From a virus (Duplodnaviria; Caudoviricetes), in IMG/VR virus record IMGVR_UViG_2847680403_000002, positions 2,885 through 66,884 of that record: DNA of 64,000 nt; one strand, 5' to 3'. Below the pieces are notes generated by a model. That model ran no database searches. It saw only the letters and a list, made by a program, of their open reading frames with translations, and was not told where the DNA came from. Positions within the stretch are counted from its first letter, which is position 1. Each line of letters opens with the position of its first letter. Positions 15,647-25,542 of this stretch are shown here, one piece after another. A program made the translations under genes and the position numbers.

Positions 15647-18175
15647 GTGTCCATCCATCCCGACTATCAGCAGTTCCTTCAGGCGAAGATCAAGGTTGCG
15701 CCGGCAACCGGTTTCGAGATCGATGACGCCGAAATCAATCCCGACCTGGCGCCGCACTGCCGGGCCATCGTGAAATGGGCGCTTGCTGGCGGCCGTCGCG
15801 GCATTTTCGCCGCCTTCGGCTTGCACAAAACCTCGATCCAGCTGGAGCTTATGCGCCTGATCGGCAAGTTCGTCGGCGGCCGTCGGCTGATCGTGCTGCC
15901 GCTGGGCGTCCGACATGAATTCTTCGACGAAGCGAAGGAGCGTTTCCGGGCAGAGTTTGCCATCGAACTCCGTTTCGTCCGGCGCGACGACGAGGTGACC
16001 GATGACGATGTCATCCACGTCTGCAACTATGAGAGCGTTCGCGACGGCAAGATTGACCCCCGCCAGTTCGTCGCCGCGTCTCTCGACGAGGCAGCCATCC
16101 TTCGCGGGTACGGCACCAAGACCTATCAGACGTTCCTTCCGCTGTTCGAAGGCGTCCGCTTCAAGTTCGTTGCGACCGCAACGCCGTCACCGAACCGCAC
16201 CAAGGAATTGATCCACTACGCGGGCTTCCTGCAGGTGATGGATACGGGTCAAGCGCTGACACGCTTCTTCCAGCGCAACAGCGAGCAGGCGAACGAGCTC
16301 ACCCTCTATCCGCACAAGGAGGATGAATTCTGGCTGTGGGTAAATTCGTGGGCCGTGTTCCTTCAGTCGCCGGCAGATCTCGGCTTTTCGGATGAAGGTT
16401 ATGTGCTGCCGGCCGTTACGGTGAACTGGCACGAAGTCGAGACGGATCACGCCGCGGCGGGCGTCGATCGCGACGGGCAGGGGATCATGTTTAACGATCC
16501 AGGCGCCAGCGTCGTTCATGCCGCGCGGGAAAAGCGCGTCAGTCTCACCGCTCGCATAGCGAAGATGGTTTGCCTCATCGCCGAGGCACCCGAAGATCAT
16601 CGTATCCTCTGGCATCACCTCGAGGCTGAGCGCGAAGCAATCGAGACGGCCGTTCCGAACGTGAATTCGATCTACGGCTCGCAGGACCTGGAGAAGAACG
16701 AAGCGTTCGCCGTCGGCTTCAAGGTGGGGAAGTTCCAATTCCTGGCGACCAAGCCGGAAATGTCGGGCGCCGGGTGCAACTTCCAGAAGCATTGCCACAA
16801 GGCGATCTTCGTCGGCATCGACGCCAAGTTCCACGACTTCATTCAAGCCGTCTATCGCATTGTGCGGTTCGGCCAGACCGAAGAGTGCACCATCGACATC
16901 ATCTATTCGGAAGCTGAACGCGGTACCCGCCGCATTCTTGAAGAGAAGTGGGCCGAACACGACCGCATGATGCTCCGGATGACTGAGATCATCCGCAAGT
17001 ACGGCCTCGGCTCGTTGCCTGTGGAAAGCATTCTCAAGCGCTCCATCGGTGTCGCGCGCCGTGTCGAGACTGGCGAGCATTTCCACATCGCGCACAATGA
17101 TTGCGTCGATGAAGCCAAGCATACGGAGGCGGAAAGCGTCGGGCTCGTCGTCACTTCGATCCCTTTCAGCAACCACTACGAATACACGGCCAGCTACAAC
17201 GACTTCGGCCACACCGACAACAACCGCCATTTCTGGCAGCAGATGGATTTCCTCACTCCGGAGTTATTCCGGATCCTGAAGCCGGGTCGCATCTACGCCT
17301 GCCACGTCAAAGACCGCATTCTGTTCGGCAATGTCACCGGGGCAGGCCTGCCAACAGTTTCGCCTTTCCATGCCGAGGCGATCTTCCACGGTATCCAGCA
17401 TGGCTTCGACTATTGCGGGATGATCACCATCGACACCGATGTCGTGACGGAGAACAACGGCAACTACCGGCTCGGCTACACGGAGATGCTGAAGGACGGC
17501 TCGAAAATGGGCGTCGGCTCTCCTGAATATCTCCTGCTGTTCCACAAACCCCAGACTGACCGCACCAAGGGATACGCGGACCAGCGGATATCGAAGGATC
17601 GCGAAGAGTACAGCCTGGCGCGCTGGCAGCTGGACGCCCATGCCCATTGGCGTTCGAGCGGCAATCGCCTGCTGACGCGTGACGAATGGCTCCAGATACC
17701 ACCCAAGGCGGTACCGAAGGCCTTCAGGTCCTACAGCGAGGCCACGGTCTACGATCACGAAGATGTCGTTGCCATCGGCGAGGCTCTTCAGTCGAAAGAC
17801 CGGCTGCCGACCGAATACATGGCGCTGGCGCCGGCGTCGCATTCGCCCTGGATATGGTCGGATGTGTTGCGGATGCTGACCCTCAACGGCAGTCAGTCGC
17901 AGCGGAACGTCGAGAAGCATATCTGCCCGCTGCAGTTCGACATCGTCGACCGCTGTATCGAGCGCTTCTCGGTTGCGGGCGACATAGTCTACGACCCGTT
18001 CGGCGGCCTGATGACGGTGCCATATCGAGCGATCCTCAAAGGGCGCCGCGGAATGGCGTCAGAGCTCAATGAGGTCTCATTCAAGGATGGGCTGCACTAC
18101 TGTCGGGAAGCCGAGGCCAAACGTGCGGTGCCAGATCTCTTCGGGGCGCTGCAGGCGATTGGGGAGGCCGCCTGA
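15647..18175 (+). CDS. SF2 helicase-like / N4-N6 DNA methyltransferase fusion
   Basis: FGLHKT, LDEAA, ATATP, QAVYRIVRFGQ helicase-type motifs, then TSIPF...HICPLQ...VYDPFGGLMT methylase motifs. Confidence 0.85.
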   Translation: MSIHPDYQQFLQAKIKVAPATGFEIDDAEINPDLAPHCRAIVKWALAGGRRGIFAAFGLHKTSIQLELMRLIGKFVGGRRLIVLPLGVRHEFFDEAKERFRAEFAIELRFVRRDDEVTDDDVIHVCNYESVRDGKIDPRQFVAASLDEAAILRGYGTKTYQTFLPLFEGVRFKFVATATPSPNRTKELIHYAGFLQVMDTGQALTRFFQRNSEQANELTLYPHKEDEFWLWVNSWAVFLQSPADLGFSDEGYVLPAVTVNWHEVETDHAAAGVDRDGQGIMFNDPGASVVHAAREKRVSLTARIAKMVCLIAEAPEDHRILWHHLEAEREAIETAVPNVNSIYGSQDLEKNEAFAVGFKVGKFQFLATKPEMSGAGCNFQKHCHKAIFVGIDAKFHDFIQAVYRIVRFGQTEECTIDIIYSEAERGTRRILEEKWAEHDRMMLRMTEIIRKYGLGSLPVESILKRSIGVARRVETGEHFHIAHNDCVDEAKHTEAESVGLVVTSIPFSNHYEYTASYNDFGHTDNNRHFWQQMDFLTPELFRILKPGRIYACHVKDRILFGNVTGAGLPTVSPFHAEAIFHGIQHGFDYCGMITIDTDVVTENNGNYRLGYTEMLKDGSKMGVGSPEYLLLFHKPQTDRTKGYADQRISKDREEYSLARWQLDAHAHWRSSGNRLLTRDEWLQIPPKAVPKAFRSYSEATVYDHEDVVAIGEALQSKDRLPTEYMALAPASHSPWIWSDVLRMLTLNGSQSQRNVEKHICPLQFDIVDRCIERFSVAGDIVYDPFGGLMTVPYRAILKGRRGMASELNEVSFKDGLHYCREAEAKRAVPDLFGALQAIGEAA

Positions 18176-18765
18176 TGCTCATACTTGGCCTTGACATCGC
18201 AACGACAACCGGCTTCGCCTGGTACGAGCCGGGATCGTCCCTCGCATCCATCAAGACCGGCACGATCAAAGCCGAAGGCGACAATGCCGAAGAAAAGGCT
18301 GCGTCTCTCGCCGTTCAGCTTCGGGAGCTTTTCTACGAGACCCGCACGGTTGACGGCCGGCTCGAACGAAACCTCATCAAGCCCGACTTCGTCGCGATCG
18401 AGCAGCCGATGCGGAACGTGAAGTCGTTCCGGAAAGTGCGCCAGGATCTTGCCGGCGCCGTCGAGGAAGCGACGATCAACCCGAATGCGCTGCAGCTTGA
18501 GGGCTTGGTCTGTGCTGCCGTCGCGATCATCGCGGCCTACCGCATTCCATGGGAGACCATCCCGGCGGCAACCTGGCGCAAGCATTTCCTCGGCATGGGG
18601 CGCAATCCAGGATTCGATCGGGCGGCATGGAAGCGCGCCGCGGTTGAGCGCTGCCGGGCATTCAAGATCGCGGTGAAGAACTCAGATGCTGCCGAGGCTG
18701 TCGGCATCTCAATCGCCGGTGAAGCCACGCAGACCTACCGCATGATGATGGCGAGGGCGGCCTGA
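18175..18765 (+). CDS. RuvC-like Holliday junction resolvase
   Basis: ILGLDIATTTGFA...VAIEQP...TWRKHFLG...DAAEAVGI. Confidence 0.75.
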   Translation: MLILGLDIATTTGFAWYEPGSSLASIKTGTIKAEGDNAEEKAASLAVQLRELFYETRTVDGRLERNLIKPDFVAIEQPMRNVKSFRKVRQDLAGAVEEATINPNALQLEGLVCAAVAIIAAYRIPWETIPAATWRKHFLGMGRNPGFDRAAWKRAAVERCRAFKIAVKNSDAAEAVGISIAGEATQTYRMMMARAA

Positions 18766-18770
18766 TGCAC

Positions 18771-19427
18771 CTACACCGCAGCTGGCGCCATATTCAACTT
18801 AGCCTCCAGTGTGACGACACGAGGCATTTCAGTTGGCATGAACAGGTCGACCGCAAAGACCACGCTGATCTCTTCGTCGGCGACGCTTCGATCAACGGCG
18901 CTGACGTAGCCGAATATTTCGCCAAAGGGAGGGGCATCACTTCTGTTCTCCCATCCATCAATTCTGACTATGCCACTGATGTTTGGGTCCATGTTGATGC
19001 CGACGGTCCTGTCGCCAAGGCCCACTTCTTTGAGCCCAACCTGAACAGGCACGTTCGACCAAGCGACCCGAACCCGAAGAATGTCAGCCGAAACTCGGTT
19101 CCAGTTAACAATTCGAAGAGCGAAATCTTCAAGTCGGTCTTGCGGGTGTCTCGCTGTCAGTGTGGGCTTAGCATCGCCAAGAACAAAGTCGGTCTGTCGT
19201 CTTTGCTCACGAAGCTGGTCGTACAGCGCAAAGAGAGTAACGCCGGCTGCTACGGCAGCAGCCCAACCGCTAAGTGCGCTCACCCATTCTCGAACGCAGT
19301 GCTCCTCTCCAGCAATGCACCACGAGTACTCACCCAAGACCGAAGATGCGATCCAATAGGCAGCGAACCCGCCGACAAGCGGGCCAACGATAACGTTGAA
19401 CCAGAAAATGAAACGGCGATCCCCCAT
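18771..19427 (-). CDS. Antisense moron: two-TM membrane protein
   Basis: Two hydrophobic segments, CVREWVSALSGWAAAVAAGVTL...QLREQRRQT. Confidence 0.7.
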   Translation of the reverse strand: MGDRRFIFWFNVIVGPLVGGFAAYWIASSVLGEYSWCIAGEEHCVREWVSALSGWAAAVAAGVTLFALYDQLREQRRQTDFVLGDAKPTLTARHPQDRLEDFALRIVNWNRVSADILRVRVAWSNVPVQVGLKEVGLGDRTVGINMDPNISGIVRIDGWENRSDAPPFGEIFGYVSAVDRSVADEEISVVFAVDLFMPTEMPRVVTLEAKLNMAPAAV

Positions 19428-19498
19428 GAGCGGATGCGTAGCACGAGCTCGGCGATCTTGGCGAGGGCGGCCGCATGACTACGACCGCCCCGAATCGA

Positions 19499-19780
19499 TC
19501 AGACGTGATGATCTGGCCGGCCTTTGATGACAGGCGGCATCCATTCGTCGATGATCAGCCCCTTCTTCCTGGCAAAGGCAACAAAGAGGCCCCGCGCTGT
19601 CTCGGCGTCGACATCACCGGTCAATGCCGCTTTGCAGGCTCGAATGGCCGCACGCTGCTCAGGGCTGTTGCCGCAATACTCCATCGCGAACTGGTAGGCG
19701 TCGACAACGGAGTTGAGTTGACGCGGAAATCCCAGGCCTACCCATACGTGTATTGGTTCTTTGAAAGGCTGCGAAAGCAT
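19499..19780 (-). CDS. DUF982 family protein
   Basis: FKEPIHV...VVDAYQF...AIRACKAALTG...ARGLFVAFARKKGL. Confidence 0.8.
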   Translation of the reverse strand: MLSQPFKEPIHVWVGLGFPRQLNSVVDAYQFAMEYCGNSPEQRAAIRACKAALTGDVDAETARGLFVAFARKKGLIIDEWMPPVIKGRPDHHV

Positions 19781-19801
19781 CGGAACCTCCCAACCATCTC
19801 G

Positions 19802-20098
19802 CTACGCCGGCACACCGTCGTCAGCCATCAGCGTCAACCGAGGCCGGAGCGACGGTGCTTCTGTGAGAATGCCGACAGATGTAGCGAAGCCGACGAACGC
19901 GTTCTTCGCCGCCTGGATTGGACGGCCTTCGTCGTACGCTCCTTCGCATGCATCAACAGCGGTAGAGTGAATGGTGCTGCGATTGTCTTCTGGCCAGTCG
20001 TAGAGAAAATCGAGGGCATCCTCCAGCCGCACGATCTCCTCAACCAGCCCTTCCGCGGTCTTCACGTAGACCGGTCCGGCAAACGTTTTATCGCTCAT
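19802..20098 (-). CDS. DUF982 family protein
   Basis: FAGPVYV...EDALDFLYDWPE...ACEGAY...AKNAFVGFA. Confidence 0.8.
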   Translation of the reverse strand: MSDKTFAGPVYVKTAEGLVEEIVRLEDALDFLYDWPEDNRSTIHSTAVDACEGAYDEGRPIQAAKNAFVGFATSVGILTEAPSLRPRLTLMADDGVPA

Positions 20099-20220
20099 CG
20101 AAATCTCCAATGTTCCGAACGATTTCAGGTGTTTGAGGGATGGCCGCCCCATCGAGTGGCAGCGGCATTCGCGGAATATGTGAAAGCTCTTTTTGAGCGT
20201 CAAGACCTGACGAGGATCGC

Positions 20221-22572
20221 GTGACCGTCACCAATATTGATATCGAGTTCCGGCACTTCCATCTGTTCTGCGGCCTTGGCGGTGGTGCCAAGGGCTTCAA
20301 CAAGGGTACGGCGCGTGTCGGCAGCCTGAAGGCGCGGTTTCGCTGCATAGGCGGTATCGATGTCGACCCGGCATCCATTCGCGATTTTTCCCGCGCTGCC
20401 AAGGTCGAAGGCACCGTTAGGGACCTCTTTGACGAGGATCAATATCGAGCGTTTCATGGTGAGGCACCGCCTCCTGGATGGCGACCAGCGATGCCGGCTG
20501 ATATCCGACGCGCGGCGCACGGCGAGCGGCCGCACGTCGTTTTCCTTTCCGCGCCATGTAAAGGTTTCTCGGGACTTCTACCTGAAAAGTCCTCGATGAC
20601 CGACAAATATCAAGCACTGAACGGCCTGACACTTCGAGGCGTCTGGCTGATGCTTGAAGCTTGGAAGGACCATCCCGAGGGCTTACCCGAACTGATCATC
20701 TTCGAGAACGTCCCACGCATCATGACGCGCGGTAGGTTCCTTATCGATCAGATCGTCGCACTGCTTCGCGCTTATGGTTACGCCGTCGCCGAGACGACGC
20801 ATGATTGCGGCGAAATAGGCGGCCTTGGCCAGAGCCGGAAGCGATACCTGCTTGTTGCCCGCCACGAAGCGAAGGTTCCTCCGTTCCTGTATGAGCCAGA
20901 AAAGCGGCGCCTACGCGGCGTCGGCGAAATCCTAGAACGGCTGCCTTTGCCGGGTGATCTCCGTGCCGGCCCAATGCACCGGTTGCCAGCTCTCCAGTGG
21001 AAGACATGGGTTCGCCTAGCCTTTGTTGAAGCCGGCTCCGACTGGCGCTCGCTGAACAAACTTGCGATCGAGAATGGTTCCCTACGCGATTTCGGCATCA
21101 TGCCGGATCACGAATGGCAGGCCGGCGTTTTGGGTGTTCGCCAATGGCTAGATACCAGCGGCGTCGTCGCGGGCCGTTCCAGCCCAACAAACGGCGCTTT
21201 CAGTGTTGCAGATCCTCGGCCCGAAAATTTCCCAGCCGATCGCGGCGGACTGCTCGGGGTCGGGAAATGGGCGGAAACGGCATCCTTGATCACGTCCCAA
21301 CGATCGCCGCAGCAAGGTCGCTACTCTGTTGCCGATCCGCGCTTCGTCGGTCGGGAAAACCAACAGTACGGCGTTCGCCAGTGGGATCGCCCCTCGGGTG
21401 CCCTTACCTCACAAAGTACACCAGGCGGAGGCACGTTCTCGGTTGCCGACCCTCGTATGGAAGGCAAACCGCGCTTCAATAACGTTTTCCGGATTGTGCC
21501 CTGGGCGGGAACTTCGCCTGCGGTTGCAGGGCCTGGAGGTCCAGCTGGCGGCTTGGCTGTTGCAGATCCCCGCGCCGAGGCTGACGCCACATACCAGCAA
21601 ACGAAGTATCGTGTAACGGGGTACAAGGAGCCGGCCGGAACCGTCATCGCAGCATCCACCACAGGCAATGGCGCCTTCGCGGTCGCCGATCCAAGACCAG
21701 TCGACGATCTCCGTTCGGGTGCCCATGGCGTCCGGAAGTGGGGTGAGACTTCCGGAACAGTTCAGGGCGAAAGCCTGCCGTCGAATGGTGCCTTCGCAGT
21801 GGCCGACCCGAGGCCTGGCAAAGCGACGGAGGATTTGCAGGGCAATTGGTATGTAAACCCATTCGACCAAGCTCCTCATGCTGTCGTCGGGAATCGAAAA
21901 TCAGGTGCCAGCGCCGTCGCCGATCCTCGCCCCGGATACGGAGAAAACACCCACCAGAACATCCTATCAGTCGGCGCATGGGAGAAGCACTCAAAGGCTG
22001 CAACAGGCGCAACGCATGTAGCCGGTGGCGCGCTGTCTGTTGCAGACCCGCGCCCTGCGGCTTTCGGTGACAAGCGAGAGAACTACCAGACAGGCGGCCA
22101 CTATGGCGTGGTGCCATGGAAGGGTACGGCCTATGCCGTTCCAGGCTTCGCCAAGCATGATCGTGGCAATTGGTCCGTGGCCGATCCCCGAGAAACCGAA
22201 GCCGAGCCTCTATTTGAGCTGCCGAAACCCGATGACCGCCTCGTCGCAGTTATCCGTGCGCTCGACGGTACTTGGCACCGGCCGTTCACCACGCTCGAGC
22301 TCGCAGCGCTGCAAAGCCTGGTCGATCCAGATGAAGTTGCCGAAGGATATTCGCTCGACGGCCAGTCGGATTCGGCATGGCGTGAGCGTATTGGCAACGC
22401 GGTTCCGCCGGACGCTGCCGAAGCCATTGCTGGCGTCATGGGGACCACCCTGCTCCTGGCAATGACCGGTGAGACGTTCATGCTTTCCTCGCAGCCGATC
22501 TGGGTTCGTGAGATCGCGACGGCCTTGGCTACCGACCAGCGCGGTAACATTCCTTGGGAGGCGGCAGAGTGA
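20221..22572 (+). CDS. DNA (cytosine-5)-methyltransferase with nine VADPR repeats
   Basis: HLFCGLGG, SAPCKGFS, FENVP, QSRKR, RERIGNAVPP motifs. Confidence 0.9.
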   Translation: MTVTNIDIEFRHFHLFCGLGGGAKGFNKGTARVGSLKARFRCIGGIDVDPASIRDFSRAAKVEGTVRDLFDEDQYRAFHGEAPPPGWRPAMPADIRRAAHGERPHVVFLSAPCKGFSGLLPEKSSMTDKYQALNGLTLRGVWLMLEAWKDHPEGLPELIIFENVPRIMTRGRFLIDQIVALLRAYGYAVAETTHDCGEIGGLGQSRKRYLLVARHEAKVPPFLYEPEKRRLRGVGEILERLPLPGDLRAGPMHRLPALQWKTWVRLAFVEAGSDWRSLNKLAIENGSLRDFGIMPDHEWQAGVLGVRQWLDTSGVVAGRSSPTNGAFSVADPRPENFPADRGGLLGVGKWAETASLITSQRSPQQGRYSVADPRFVGRENQQYGVRQWDRPSGALTSQSTPGGGTFSVADPRMEGKPRFNNVFRIVPWAGTSPAVAGPGGPAGGLAVADPRAEADATYQQTKYRVTGYKEPAGTVIAASTTGNGAFAVADPRPVDDLRSGAHGVRKWGETSGTVQGESLPSNGAFAVADPRPGKATEDLQGNWYVNPFDQAPHAVVGNRKSGASAVADPRPGYGENTHQNILSVGAWEKHSKAATGATHVAGGALSVADPRPAAFGDKRENYQTGGHYGVVPWKGTAYAVPGFAKHDRGNWSVADPRETEAEPLFELPKPDDRLVAVIRALDGTWHRPFTTLELAALQSLVDPDEVAEGYSLDGQSDSAWRERIGNAVPPDAAEAIAGVMGTTLLLAMTGETFMLSSQPIWVREIATALATDQRGNIPWEAAE

Positions 22573-22643
22573 ACGCACAACTCCCAAACGTCATCGACAT
22601 GACGGAGGAGGCCGCATTAAGCGGCCCCTCCTTCAAAGGATCG

Positions 22644-22943
22644 CTAAGCAGTGACGAGTCCACCGGATCCTTGCTTGATCATCCACGGCTGGACCGCAGG
22701 TGCTTTCTCAAGGATGCCCTTTTTGACGCCAAAGGCGCGCATCGCGTCTCGGGCCACCTTGATCGGCTTAAGCCCATCATAAGCCATGAGGCACGTGCTC
22801 AGCGTGGTTTCGTAGATCGCATCACGCCTGTCTTCGGGCCATTCGTAGAGGAAGTCGATCGCGTCATCGATGCTTTCGATCTCCCTCACAAGGTGCTTAC
22901 CCTCCTTCAGATAGATGGGTCTGTCGAAGGTCGTCTTGCTCAT
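22644..22943 (-). CDS. DUF982 family protein
   Basis: FDRPIYL...IDDAIDFLYEWPE...ARDAMRAFG. Confidence 0.8.
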   Translation of the reverse strand: MSKTTFDRPIYLKEGKHLVREIESIDDAIDFLYEWPEDRRDAIYETTLSTCLMAYDGLKPIKVARDAMRAFGVKKGILEKAPAVQPWMIKQGSGGLVTA

Positions 22944-23047
22944 ATTCTCCTCACTATTTGTCAGCATTTTCAACGACTAAGCCGACTTTTCTCGCCGGCT
23001 ATAGGAGATTTGAGAAAGAGATTGCGGCATTTCAAGGGGGCATTCGC

Positions 23048-24502
23048 ATGAACGCGCACTCCCGCGATTTCACACCGGCCCGTGAGGCACCAAACAACAT
23101 TGAGGCGGAACAGGCGCTATTGGGCGCGATCCTGGTCAACAACGATGCGTTTCATCGTGTGGCCGACTTCCTCAAGGCTGCACACTTCTATGAGCCGCTG
23201 CACCGAAAAATCTATGACGTGGCATCTGAACGTATCCGGTCGGGCAACGCTGTTGATCCGATCCTGATCAAATCCTTCCTGCCGGCCGGCGAGATGGTCG
23301 GCGAGTTGACCGTGGCGCAATACCTGGCGCGGCTTGCCGTCGAGGCCGTCACAGTCATCAACGCCGCGGACTACGGGCGCGCTGTCTATGACATGGCACA
23401 GCGCCGCAGCCTGATCATCATCGGCGAGGAGATGGTGAACGTCGCCTATGACGCGCCACCAGATATGCCGGCAATGCAAATCGGCCGCGACGCTGAGGCA
23501 CAGATCATCGAGGCCTTTGCCGAAGCGCCGGATGACGACAACTGCAACGTTGAAGATATCGTCGACGACATGGTTGCGGCGTTCTCGGCCATGGCGAAGA
23601 AGCCGGTGGTTCCACTGCCACTTCCTCAACTGCGGGAGACAATAGGCGGCGATATGGAGGGGGGCATGCTCATAGGCATGCTGTCGGGCTCAGGTGAGGG
23701 CAAGACATCTCTCGCACTCCAGATCGTCGGCGAGGCGCTGGCGAATGGCCATCCCGTCATGATCCTGTCCTTCGATCAGTCGAAGCAGCAGATCATCGAT
23801 CAGATCGTCAGCCAGCGGACGGGGATTGAGAACACCCGCATTCGCGACCGGACGATGATGGACAAGGAGAAGGTTCGGTATATCGAAGCGCTCGCCGATG
23901 TCAGGACAACACCGCTGCGGATTAGGAAGTGCAATGGCTCGTACGATACCGCGGGTCATCTGGTCAGCTATGTGAAGAGGACGCTGCTTCCGCTCTGCCG
24001 GAGGCTGGGCAAGACCGGCCTTGTCGTTGTCGATCACGCCCGCAAGGTATGTCCACGCGATCCCAAAGCGCATGAGGGGCGCATCGCTGCCGAGATCAAC
24101 GGCGTCTTCAAGCACTTCGCCGATGAACATGGCCTGGTCTGGCTCAACCTTATGCAGAGATCGGCCTCAGGCGCCAAGCGCCGCAATCCTCGCCCAATCG
24201 ATACCGACATCTTCGGCGGCGAGCAGGGCAGGGAGGATTATGACGCCGTCTTCTACCTCTACCGGGCGTGGAAGTACTGGCAGAACCAGATCAAGACTTC
24301 TGAGGACGATAAGGACGAAGACCGGATCAACGCTCGCTTCAATCGCGAGAAGTGGACCGAGGACCAGGCCGAAATCGGTGTCCTGAAATGGCGGTTCGGC
24401 GATCCGAACAAGCGCTATCGCGTCCGGTTCGAGGCGCAGTTCACCCGCTATGTCTCCATGCGCGAGGAGCCAGATCCTCAGCTTTTCGAGGAAACCCTCT
24501 GA
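23048..24502 (+). CDS. DnaB-like replicative helicase (phage)
   Basis: PNNIEAEQALLGAIL N-terminus, GSGEGKT Walker A, VVVDH, LKWRFG. Confidence 0.88.
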   Translation: MNAHSRDFTPAREAPNNIEAEQALLGAILVNNDAFHRVADFLKAAHFYEPLHRKIYDVASERIRSGNAVDPILIKSFLPAGEMVGELTVAQYLARLAVEAVTVINAADYGRAVYDMAQRRSLIIIGEEMVNVAYDAPPDMPAMQIGRDAEAQIIEAFAEAPDDDNCNVEDIVDDMVAAFSAMAKKPVVPLPLPQLRETIGGDMEGGMLIGMLSGSGEGKTSLALQIVGEALANGHPVMILSFDQSKQQIIDQIVSQRTGIENTRIRDRTMMDKEKVRYIEALADVRTTPLRIRKCNGSYDTAGHLVSYVKRTLLPLCRRLGKTGLVVVDHARKVCPRDPKAHEGRIAAEINGVFKHFADEHGLVWLNLMQRSASGAKRRNPRPIDTDIFGGEQGREDYDAVFYLYRAWKYWQNQIKTSEDDKDEDRINARFNREKWTEDQAEIGVLKWRFGDPNKRYRVRFEAQFTRYVSMREEPDPQLFEETL

Positions 24503-24858
24503 TGGCCAACACACCCGACTTTCTCCCCGACTATTCGAGCATGCCGTTCAACGGCCGCTACAGGCCCCTTTTTAAGTTGTTCAGTACCGACAACTGGAAA
24601 TTCGTCCGCGAGAACGGCACGCCAGTGGAGCGCGACACGGCGCACCAAGCCATCCAGGCGGCCAAGGACTGTGTCAGGCGCATCCTTAACCCTGAAATCC
24701 GAGCCGAGCAGGCCGAGATCGTTGCTGACGTCCTAGGCGTCGAGGAATGGCGACGGGAGAGGGCGGCACTGGCTGCAGGTAATCAGGAGGCGGTGCTTGG
24801 TGCGGTGATTGTCAAAGGCCGGCAGGTGAAAGTCGAGCGGGTGCGGAGGCGGGCATGA
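24502..24858 (+). CDS. Hypothetical phage protein
   Basis: TGATG-coupled to the helicase. Confidence 0.65.
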   Translation: MANTPDFLPDYSSMPFNGRYRPLFKLFSTDNWKFVRENGTPVERDTAHQAIQAAKDCVRRILNPEIRAEQAEIVADVLGVEEWRRERAALAAGNQEAVLGAVIVKGRQVKVERVRRRA

Positions 24859-25079
24859 CGGAGCTTTCCGCACCGCAAGAGATGCTGCTTGGCGATGTCG
24901 TTCGACACGGCGCCGAAGTCGCGTCCCGCAATGCCAAGCCGGTTAGAGCCCTGCTGGCGGCAGGGCTCGTAGCCAACGGCGGACCAAATCGTAAGGGGCA
25001 GATGGTTCTGGTTCCCACGCCAAAGGGCAGGGAAGAATGGAACCGCATCGCTTCTGCCCGTTTGAGGGCGCAGGCATGA
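24855..25079 (+). CDS. Hypothetical phage protein
   Basis: 74 aa, coupled. Confidence 0.6.
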   Translation: MTELSAPQEMLLGDVVRHGAEVASRNAKPVRALLAAGLVANGGPNRKGQMVLVPTPKGREEWNRIASARLRAQA

Positions 25080-25363
25080 GCTTCGTCACTCCCGCATCCC
25101 AGATCATCGCCGGCGCTCGACCGATCGTCATCCCTCGCACCGAAGCGCAGCAGATCATCGCGGACGTGGCTCATGAGCATGGCGTGACCTATGCCGAGGT
25201 GTTGTCGGCCAGCCGCGCGCGGAAGCTCGTCGTGGCCCGTTATGACGCTATGGCCGCCGTCTACCGCGCAAAGCCGCAACTTTCGCTTATGCAGATGGGT
25301 AAGATGTTCCGGCGCGATCCGAAGACCGTCTGGCATGGCTTGATGCGACGGGGGCTGAAGTGA
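25076..25363 (+). CDS. DnaA C-terminal HTH-like protein
   Basis: [16 protein letters not shown]...[20 protein letters not shown]. Confidence 0.75.
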   Translation: MSFVTPASQIIAGARPIVIPRTEAQQIIADVAHEHGVTYAEVLSASRARKLVVARYDAMAAVYRAKPQLSLMQMGKMFRRDPKTVWHGLMRRGLK

Positions 25364-25542
25364 ACGTCCACCAGCCCGCAGCATCCCTACACGGCCTTGT
25401 CTGCCCGTCCTGCCAGTCGCCAGACCTGCGGACGCTGGAGACACGCCCTACCGCTGGTGGTGTCAAACGGCGCCGGGAATGCGAGACATGCGGGCATCGG
25501 TTTACGACGGTGGAAAGGCTGAAGGAGCGGCCGGCGAAATGA
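25360..25542 (+). CDS. NrdR-like zinc-ribbon protein
   Basis: CPSC...LETR...[16 protein letters not shown]. Confidence 0.8.
   Translation: MNVHQPAASLHGLVCPSCQSPDLRTLETRPTAGGVKRRRECETCGHRFTTVERLKERPAK

Noticed and set aside
21090-22200. Repeated GCCGATCC/GCAGATCC DNA motifs as an array or DGR
   Set aside because: They encode the VADPR protein repeats; no reverse transcriptase or TR/VR pair seen
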